The notes under the pieces are model-generated. The model worked only from the letters and a program-made list of their open reading frames with translations. It had not been told where the DNA came from and ran no database searches. The position numbers and the translations under genes are program-made. Positions 30,229-37,406 of a stretch of 64,000 nt of DNA are shown one piece after another (the first letter of the stretch is position 1; the number at the start of each line of letters is the position of its first letter). Source of the DNA: Patescibacteria group bacterium (lineage in GTDB: Bacteria > Acidobacteriota > Terriglobia > Acidiferrales > UBA7541); contig DATKNR010000030.1 of NCBI GenBank assembly GCA_035541255.1, positions 4,171-68,170 on the forward strand, given 5' to 3'.

Positions 30229-31446
30229 ATGGAACCCGCACACCCGCTGCCTCGTGGCTTCCGGTTTGGCGGCACTTCCTGCGGATTGAAGCGCAGTGGC
30301 GCGCCCGACCTCTCGCTCGTCGTCGCCGATAGTCCCGCGACCGTCGCCGCCGCTTTCACCTCCAACCGAGTGCAGGCAGCGCCCGTGGTGGTGTCGGCAG
30401 AACACGTCCGCCGCAGTGGTGGACGCATGCGCGCCATCGTGTTGAATTCCGGAAACGCAAACTGCTGCACCGGCGCAGCGGGGCTCGCGGCGGCGCGGCG
30501 AATGGCTCAGGCTGTCGCGGCCCGGATCGGCTGTCGCCGGGAGCAGGTTTTCGTGTGTTCCACCGGAGTAATTGGCGTGCCGCTGCGCGTGGAGAAAATC
30601 GTCGGGGCAATCCCCGCATTCGAGCCCGCCCTGGGCTCCGGACCGGCGGAGTTCGCAGCTTTTTCGCGCGGCATGCTCACCACGGATACACGGCCGAAGA
30701 CGGCGGCCGCCACTCTGCGAATCGGCGGAAGCACGGTGCGCATCGCGGGATGCACGAAGGGCGCCGGCATGATTGCCCCGCAATTCCACCGGCCCCACGC
30801 CACCATGCTCGCCGTGATTCTGACGGATGTCGCCATCACTCCCGCGCTCGCCCGGCGGGCGCTGGCTGCGGTCATCGCGCCCACGTTCAACTCCATCACA
30901 GTGGACGGCGACACTTCCACGAACGACACTGTCGCGCTTTTCGCCTCCGGGGCCGGCGGGGGGCGCATCACCGGCGCGCGCAGCGCCGAATTTCTCCGCT
31001 TCGCTGCCGCTCTCGAAGGCGTGTGCCGTTCGCTGGCGCTCCAGATTGTGGCGGATGGCGAGGGGGCACACCACGTGATCGAGATTGACGTTCGCGGCGC
31101 GCCGGACGATCGCGGCGCGGCCGCGGTGGCGCGAACGATTGCGCACTCCCCGCTGGTAAAAACAGCTTTGGCCGGAGCGGATCCCAACTGGGGTCGCATC
31201 CTGGCTGCGGCTGGGCGCGCCGGAGTTGTGTTCCGTCCCGAGCGCGCGGCCATCTCGCTGGCGGGCATTCCCGTATTCCGCCGCGGCCGCCCGCTTCCAT
31301 TCGACGAGAAGACCGTGCACGAGAGAATGCTCCAGCACGAATACACGATGCGTGTGGAATTGGGCGGGGGGCGCGGCCGTGCGCGCGTGTGGACCTGCGA
31401 ACTCTCAGAGGGCTACGTACGCATCAATGCGGACTACCGGACGTGA
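30229..31446 (+). CDS. argJ: bifunctional ornithine acetyltransferase / N-acetylglutamate synthase
   Basis: KGAGMIAP...ATML self-cleavage region, NSGNANC, VDGDTSTND and a C-terminal NADYRT motif. Confidence 0.95.
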   Translation: MEPAHPLPRGFRFGGTSCGLKRSGAPDLSLVVADSPATVAAAFTSNRVQAAPVVVSAEHVRRSGGRMRAIVLNSGNANCCTGAAGLAAARRMAQAVAARIGCRREQVFVCSTGVIGVPLRVEKIVGAIPAFEPALGSGPAEFAAFSRGMLTTDTRPKTAAATLRIGGSTVRIAGCTKGAGMIAPQFHRPHATMLAVILTDVAITPALARRALAAVIAPTFNSITVDGDTSTNDTVALFASGAGGGRITGARSAEFLRFAAALEGVCRSLALQIVADGEGAHHVIEIDVRGAPDDRGAAAVARTIAHSPLVKTALAGADPNWGRILAAAGRAGVVFRPERAAISLAGIPVFRRGRPLPFDEKTVHERMLQHEYTMRVELGGGRGRARVWTCELSEGYVRINADYRT

Positions 31447-31456
31447 TGCAGCCGGG

Positions 31457-33079
31457 CTACCACTTCCAATCCTTGAATTGCTCACGCAGCCTCGACTTCA
31501 TGAATTTTCCCACGGACGTGCGAGGAATGGCGTCCGCGAACTCTATGGCGTCCGGAAGCTGCCATTTCGCGAATTTTGTGGCCAGCAGCTCGGTCAACTC
31601 ACGGCGCAAATCCTCGTCACCCAGGGTCGCAGTTTCCTTCTTCACCACGACGGCCAGTGGACGCTCCTGCCACTTGGGGTGCGGCAATCCGATGACCGCG
31701 GCCTCCTTCACTGCCGGATGGGCCATCAGCGCGTTTTCCAGAGCCACGGAACTGATCCATTCGCCTCCGGACTTGATCACGTCTTTCGTCCGGTCAGCGA
31801 TGCGCACGTAGCCTTCGGGATCGATCGTGGCTACGTCGCCCGTGCGGAACCATCCGTCCGCAGTCCAGCGGTCCGCCGCTTCCGGCATGTTGTAATAACT
31901 TTCAGCCACGAACGGCCCGCGCACTTGGAGCTCACCGGACGTTTTTCCATCCCACGGCGCTTCTCCTTCCAGCGACATCACCCGCGCGTCCACCAGCGGA
32001 AAGGGGATGCCCGCCAGTGCGCGAAGCCGCAGCTTCTCGGCCTCGGGCAGACCGGCCAGAGTGCTTTTCACGTACGCCGTTGTCCCCGCAGGGGTCATTT
32101 CCGTCATGCCCCACGAACAGCGCACGTTCATTCCGAGTGTGTTGCAGCGTTCCAGCAGGGCTTCCGGAGTGGCCGCACCGCCGGATGTTCCGCGGAAGCC
32201 CGCCGGAAGTCTCCACCTGCCGGGATGCGCTTCGAGTTGTTCGGCAATGCCCATCCACACGGTGGGCACGCCAGCCGCGTAGGACGTCCGCTCGCCGTCG
32301 ATCAAATCGAGCAGGCTCGCTCCATCCAGATACGGCCCGGGGAGCACCACCTTCGTCCCCAGCATCGTGGCGGCCTGGGGCAATCCCCAACAGTTGGCGT
32401 GGAACATGGGCACGACCACCAGGGCGCAGTCCGCCTGGCTAAGCCCGAAGCCTTCCTCGAGCGCCACGGCAAGTGAATGCAGCACAAGCGCGCGGTGCGA
32501 GTAGGCCACGCCTTTCGGATGGCCCGTGGTGCCGCTGGTGTAGCACATGGCCGCAGCTTCATTTTCGTCCACGTCGGGGTAGCGGAAATCGGGGGCGGGC
32601 TCGATGAGCAAGTCTTCATAGTTGTTCCATCCCGGCGGGACAGGACTTCCGGAGGTGGGCACCACCCATACGCGCTCCATGGGACATTGTGGCCGGAATT
32701 TCTCGTAGCTCGGCACGAGTACGTCGTCAATGATCAGGAAGCGGTCGCCGGCATGTCTTGCGATCTGCGTGAGCTCGTCGCCGGAAAGACGCAGGTTCAG
32801 CGTGTGCACTACGCCGCCGGCGGCAGGCACGCCGAAATAGGCCTCCAAATGTTCCCGGTGATTCCAGCACAGCGTGGCGACGCGGTCGCCGCGCTTCAGG
32901 CCCGCGCGCAGCAGCCCGGCGGCGAGTGAGCGCGATCGGTGGTAGAGGTTGCCGTAAGTCGAACGCTGCAGCGAGCGGTCGGGCCGTCGCGATATGATTT
33001 CTACTTTCTGAAAATATTTTCCCGCACGCTCCAGGATGGAGAAGAGCGTGAGCGGATACGACATCATGGTTCCGCGCAT
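31457..33079 (-). CDS. AMP-dependent acyl-CoA synthetase/ligase
   Basis: AMP-binding signature YTSGTTGHPKGV. Also GWFRTGD and SGGEWISS motifs and the terminal PRTSVGK. Confidence 0.9.
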   Translation of the reverse strand: MRGTMMSYPLTLFSILERAGKYFQKVEIISRRPDRSLQRSTYGNLYHRSRSLAAGLLRAGLKRGDRVATLCWNHREHLEAYFGVPAAGGVVHTLNLRLSGDELTQIARHAGDRFLIIDDVLVPSYEKFRPQCPMERVWVVPTSGSPVPPGWNNYEDLLIEPAPDFRYPDVDENEAAAMCYTSGTTGHPKGVAYSHRALVLHSLAVALEEGFGLSQADCALVVVPMFHANCWGLPQAATMLGTKVVLPGPYLDGASLLDLIDGERTSYAAGVPTVWMGIAEQLEAHPGRWRLPAGFRGTSGGAATPEALLERCNTLGMNVRCSWGMTEMTPAGTTAYVKSTLAGLPEAEKLRLRALAGIPFPLVDARVMSLEGEAPWDGKTSGELQVRGPFVAESYYNMPEAADRWTADGWFRTGDVATIDPEGYVRIADRTKDVIKSGGEWISSVALENALMAHPAVKEAAVIGLPHPKWQERPLAVVVKKETATLGDEDLRRELTELLATKFAKWQLPDAIEFADAIPRTSVGKFMKSRLREQFKDWKW

Positions 33080-33242
33080 GGGTTGCCCGCCTCACGAGGC
33101 GCGTACTTCGGCCCCGGAGCGTGGAGATACTAGCATTACCCGCAATGCGCGCGGCCAAGTCTGACCAGAGAGATGCTCCGCCCGTCGCATGCGAGGCCAT
33201 CATCGGAAATAACTTTCCGGTGTACACTCGCGGTTGTAGCGG

Positions 33243-33743
33243 ATGGCTCGTACCAGCTGGGGAGGCTATATGGGAAGCTTTCCATGGGGACCACATGGGC
33301 CGCAGAGCGGACCGAACCAGGTAACGCCTAACCCAACGCCCGCGTATGTTCCACCGCCGCCCATGGAAAGCCCGGGTTCTTTTGGTGTGCCGGCCCCCGC
33401 TTCGTACGGCGGCGGCGGAGGCGGAGTCGTCGGCTATCAGGGGACGTACACCCCTGGTCCGAAGCACTACTGGCTCGCTCTTCCCCTGACTTTTTTCCTG
33501 GGCCCACTGGGATTGTTTTATGCGTCGAAGAAGGGCGCTCTTCTCCTTCTGGTTTTGTTCTTCGCCGGGCCCTATTTGCTGGCCTCCTACGGCCCATCAT
33601 TAGGAATCTTCCCGCGCCATCCTCAGTTCGCTCTGCAGCGCGCCATGATCAACCAGATGTGGTCCCTGTGCGTTGTTCTCTCCATGATCTGGTCGGTGGT
33701 TGCCGTGCGTCTCCATAACAAGGCTCTAAAGGCCCGCAATTAG
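33243..33743 (+). CDS. hypothetical membrane protein with Pro/Gly-rich N-terminus
   Basis: 166-aa ORF. Pro/Gly-rich first 75 aa, then three predicted TM helices. No family recognised, and the start is uncertain. Confidence 0.5.
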   Translation: MARTSWGGYMGSFPWGPHGPQSGPNQVTPNPTPAYVPPPPMESPGSFGVPAPASYGGGGGGVVGYQGTYTPGPKHYWLALPLTFFLGPLGLFYASKKGALLLLVLFFAGPYLLASYGPSLGIFPRHPQFALQRAMINQMWSLCVVLSMIWSVVAVRLHNKALKARN

Positions 33744-33817
33744 ATTGTCGTCCGTGAGATTGGAAAAGCCGACAGCCAAAGGTAGAGAGGGCTCGGGTCA
33801 GGGGAGGAATTCATCGC

Positions 33818-33836
33818 GTGGGCAATTATTCCCCCC
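33818..33836. promoter_or_regulatory. locus palindrome copy a (GTGGGCAATTATTCCCCCC)
   Basis: Imperfect copy of the GGGGGAAT-N-ATTCCCCC motif, about 190 bp upstream of the GAF-HlyD start. A partial GGGGAGGAATTC lies 7 nt upstream of it. Confidence 0.4.
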
Positions 33837-33920
33837 GCTCGCACGAGTTTTGGAGGTGAGGCCTACAGCGGACGAGACAGCAACACGGCCACTGCCGAAA
33901 AGTGCCCGTGCCGCCTTTTC

Positions 33921-33950
33921 TTGACACCGCCAGAGGCCATTTGCTAGCCT
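33921..33950 (+). promoter_or_regulatory. candidate promoter of the GAF-HlyD/HlyD/M50 operon
   Basis: TTGACA (33921-26), 18-nt spacer, TAGCCT (33945-50). It overlaps a weak GG-N10-GC element (aGGCCAtttgctAGCc, 33935-48). The sigma factor cannot be decided from sequence. Confidence 0.3.
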
Positions 33951-34020
33951 CCCCGCAGAATTTCCGGCGAGTGGTGCTTTCCACAGGGGAGTATACCCGG
34001 GTGGCGACAATGGAGGCTGG

Positions 34021-36441
34021 ATGGAACGGCTCGAGGCTCTTTATGAGCTGGCGACTTCGTATCATTCGTGCCGGGATACGGAAGGCCTCCTGAAAGCATT
34101 TGCGCGCGATCTGCGCGCTCGTCTGGGGCCCCAGGCTGTCCTTCTCTGGCTGAAGGATGGCGGCGAAGAATCCCTGCGCTGCCGTGAAAAGTCGTTCGCG
34201 GCCGGTGAGCGAATCGAACCACGGCAGGAGGGCGAAGCCGATGGCTTGCTGACCGAGGTCCTCGTCTCGCGCGGATCCCGGCGGCTGGGGGCGGCCGAAA
34301 AAAAGGCCCGGCTCCTTTCTCACCTCGATCCCGCCTATCGCGAACGCGTCCAGACAGCGCTGTACGTCTCCATTCCCGGCGCCTCGGGGCCTGCGGGGGT
34401 CGCGGAACTGCTGAACAAAGCCGGCGGCGAGTTCACCACCGAAGACGGCGCGTATCTCGAAGAAGCCGCACGCATGACCGGGCGTGCCCTGGACGCGATT
34501 CGCGCAGCCGAGACGGAGCGCAACGCGCAGTTCGAAACGCTGGAACGGCTCACCGCGCTTTACGATATCGCGCGCATATTCAACTCCACGCTTGAGCGGG
34601 AAGACCTGTGCCCCATCGTGACCAGCAAGATCCGCGACATCCTGGGAGCGCAGGCGTGCAACCTATGGCTTGTGGGCTCTGACGGCGAGTCGCTAGAGTT
34701 TGCCCATCAGGATGGGGAAGACCCCACCACGGACGAGAACACCGAAGTCACGATGGGCGAGGGGTTGGTCGGGGCAGTGGCTCGCGATGGGAAAGGTCTC
34801 CTGGCAGCCGACGCGTCCGTGGAGGCGCTGCTCGATTCCCGGCGCTCCGCGGTGGAGGGATTTACGATCACTTCCGCCATGGCCGCCCCGCTGCTCAAGG
34901 ACGATCGCGTGCTCGGCGTGGTCGAAGTGATCAACAAACTCGACGAGACTCAGTTCGACGATGACGACCTGTTTTTCCTCAACAGCGTGGGGGAGCAGGC
35001 CGGACTCGCCGTCCACAATGCCAACCTGCTGCAGGCCGAGCGCAAAGTGCACGAATTGGGAGCGCTGCTGACGCTGAGCAAGGAAATCACTTCCACGCTG
35101 GATCTCGACCACATTCTCACCACCCTGGTCCATCAGGCGGCGGAAGTGCTTCCCTTCGAACGCTGCACGATCGGCCTTTACGACGGCGCGAAGTTTTATC
35201 TTGCGGCGGTATCCGGTGAGCCGGAAGTGCCGGACACGCCGGAGATGAAGCGCCTTCGCGAGGTTCTGGAATGGGCCGGAGAGGACTACGAAGCGGTATC
35301 CGCGGACTGCGAGGATGGGACCTGGACGAGCGCGCCCGAAAAGCCGGATCCGCGCCTGATTCCTTACCTGACCGAGCGACAGATGAACGGTTTCTACGCA
35401 CGGTCGCTCCGCGACGACCAGGGCACGCTGGGCGTGATCGCGCTGGAGAGTCCTGAAGCGGAGTTTCTGTCCGAAAGCCAGCTCGAAACTCTTGAAATTC
35501 TGGCCAGCCAGGTGACCGTGGCGATTCGAAACGCGCGGTTGTACCAGAACGTCCCGCTGATTCGCGTCTGGCAGCCCGTGGTGGAAACGCGGCAGAAGTT
35601 GCGGTCGGTGGCTGTAGGGCGGCGTATCGAGCTGTTTACCCGGGCGATCGTGGTCGCTGTTCTCCTGGTGGCCGTGCCTTGGCCAATGCGGGTGGACGGG
35701 ACAGCGCACGTCATCCCGGCGCAGCGGAGAGTAATCACTGCGGAGTCGGACGGCATCATCCGGCAGGTCTTCGTCCACGAAGGCGAACGCGTGGAGGCCG
35801 GGGCTCCGCTTGCCCAGCTCGATACTGGTGAAATCAATGTCCGGCTGGAGACCGCGCGGGCGCAACTTGCCCTGGCGCGCCACGATCTTGCCGAGGCTCA
35901 GTATCGGCGGGACATGGAAGGCGCCGGCAGGGCTCGCCTGCGCATGGACATGGCCCAGGCCGCTGTGGATCTGGAGAGTGATCGGCTGGCTCGCGCCCGC
36001 CTCGTCGCGCCCATGGAAGGCCTGGTGGTGACCCCAAAAGTCGAGGAAAAAGTGGGCCGGCTCATTACGCGTGGCGAAACCTTCTGCGAATTGGTCGAGC
36101 CAAACCGCATGGCGGCTGACGTTTTGTTTCCGGAGACTGACGAATCGATGGTCCGGCCCGGCGCTTCCGTTGCCCTGAAGGTCAATGCCCTGCCCTCCGT
36201 CACCTTCCATGGCAAAGTGGAGTGGCTGGGCACGCAGACGGTCGCTTCCGAGGGCGACCAATATTTCCAGGCGCGTGCCGTGTTCGAGAACGCCATGGGT
36301 TTGCGCGACGACATGGTCGGTCAGGCCAAAGTGGGCGTGCGCGGCGGATGGTTCCAGAGCGGCTGGTATCCCGTGGGGTATGTTCTGTTGCGGCCGCCGG
36401 CCCGTTGGCTGTGGCGGAAAGTGTGGACTTGGCTTCCGTGA
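34021..36441 (+). CDS. triple-GAF domain / TM / HlyD-family (membrane-fusion) protein
   Basis: GGAGG SD. Three repeated GAF-like units. Each opens with an LExL..L..I....L helix: LEALYELATSY..., LTALYDIARIFNSTLERE..., LGALLTLSKEITSTLDLD.... One TM (AIVVAVLLVAVPW). Then an MFP lipoyl/coiled-coil/beta-barrel pattern (ITAESDGIIRQVFVHEGERVEAGAPLAQLD ... LVAPMEGLVV). Confidence 0.85.
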   Translation: MERLEALYELATSYHSCRDTEGLLKAFARDLRARLGPQAVLLWLKDGGEESLRCREKSFAAGERIEPRQEGEADGLLTEVLVSRGSRRLGAAEKKARLLSHLDPAYRERVQTALYVSIPGASGPAGVAELLNKAGGEFTTEDGAYLEEAARMTGRALDAIRAAETERNAQFETLERLTALYDIARIFNSTLEREDLCPIVTSKIRDILGAQACNLWLVGSDGESLEFAHQDGEDPTTDENTEVTMGEGLVGAVARDGKGLLAADASVEALLDSRRSAVEGFTITSAMAAPLLKDDRVLGVVEVINKLDETQFDDDDLFFLNSVGEQAGLAVHNANLLQAERKVHELGALLTLSKEITSTLDLDHILTTLVHQAAEVLPFERCTIGLYDGAKFYLAAVSGEPEVPDTPEMKRLREVLEWAGEDYEAVSADCEDGTWTSAPEKPDPRLIPYLTERQMNGFYARSLRDDQGTLGVIALESPEAEFLSESQLETLEILASQVTVAIRNARLYQNVPLIRVWQPVVETRQKLRSVAVGRRIELFTRAIVVAVLLVAVPWPMRVDGTAHVIPAQRRVITAESDGIIRQVFVHEGERVEAGAPLAQLDTGEINVRLETARAQLALARHDLAEAQYRRDMEGAGRARLRMDMAQAAVDLESDRLARARLVAPMEGLVVTPKVEEKVGRLITRGETFCELVEPNRMAADVLFPETDESMVRPGASVALKVNALPSVTFHGKVEWLGTQTVASEGDQYFQARAVFENAMGLRDDMVGQAKVGVRGGWFQSGWYPVGYVLLRPPARWLWRKVWTWLP

Positions 36442-36491
36442 GAGGCAAAGCAGGTGTTGCGTATCTGCGGAACTGGAACGGAGAGACGAGA

Positions 36492-37403
36492 ATGAAATCC
36501 TGGGCACTCTGCCTGTCGGCCGCGCTGCTGGCCGCCATGGCCGCGGGATGCAGCAGCGAGCCCGCACCCGAACGGGCCGCAGCGGCCTCCTCGCGCACGC
36601 CCTCTTCTCATCCGGCGGCTGCGACGGCTTCCGCAGCTTCCGCGCGGGAGATCCCAGCAGTGCTGATGGTGGAGCATGAGGTGGACGTGGTGGCGGAAGG
36701 CGACGGTGAGGTCATCGGGCTAAACGCCGATGAGGGATCGGAAGTGACTGCCGGCGGACTTCTCGCGCGGCTGGATTCACGGCAGGTGCAGGCGCAGCTC
36801 GAGCAAGCGCAGGCCGACCTGAAGATTTCCGAGTACAACGTGAAATACAACGAAGCCGAACTCCACGCCAACGAGTCCCGTCTAAGACGCGCCCAGCTCA
36901 TGTTTAACGAAGGACTCGGCAGCAAGGCCGACCTGGACACCGCCGAATTTCAAGCCAAGGGTTCCGCGTACGACCTGGAAAGCTGGAAGGCAACCGTTGA
37001 GAAGCGCCACGCAGAGGTGAAAGGCCTCGAACTTCAACTTCAAAAAACCCGCATCCTTGCGCCCTTTGCCGGCGTGATCTCGCGGCGATACGTTCGCGAG
37101 GGCGACGTGGTCACCAAGGGAACCAAATGTTTCCGCCTCAGCCAACTGAGCCCGCTGCTCGTGGAATTTCAGGTGCCGGAAACCGATGCCCACAAGCCGG
37201 CTGTGGCACAGCCCGTGAAAGGGACTTTGCTGAGCGATCCAAACCGCTGGTTTGACGCGCGAATCACACGCGTCAGCCCAGTTGTGGATGCGGCTAGCGG
37301 AAGTTACGAGGTCAGGGCCACGCTTCTGGCGCCATCGCCGGAGCTAAAGCCTGGGATGGCCGTTCGGATCGTCTGGCCCGCGCCCTCCACGCCTCACCCC
37401 TGA
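36492..37403 (+). CDS. lipoprotein HlyD/RND-type periplasmic adaptor (membrane-fusion protein)
   Basis: ATG at 36492 after GGAGAG. Lipobox LAAMAAGC. MFP pattern (VVAEGDGEVIGLNADEGSEVTAGGLLARLD, coiled-coil hairpin, ILAPFAGVISRRYVREGDVV). The ORF-track 5' extension (36222) is rejected. Confidence 0.85.
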   Translation: MKSWALCLSAALLAAMAAGCSSEPAPERAAAASSRTPSSHPAAATASAASAREIPAVLMVEHEVDVVAEGDGEVIGLNADEGSEVTAGGLLARLDSRQVQAQLEQAQADLKISEYNVKYNEAELHANESRLRRAQLMFNEGLGSKADLDTAEFQAKGSAYDLESWKATVEKRHAEVKGLELQLQKTRILAPFAGVISRRYVREGDVVTKGTKCFRLSQLSPLLVEFQVPETDAHKPAVAQPVKGTLLSDPNRWFDARITRVSPVVDAASGSYEVRATLLAPSPELKPGMAVRIVWPAPSTPHP

Positions 37404-37406
37404 GCC

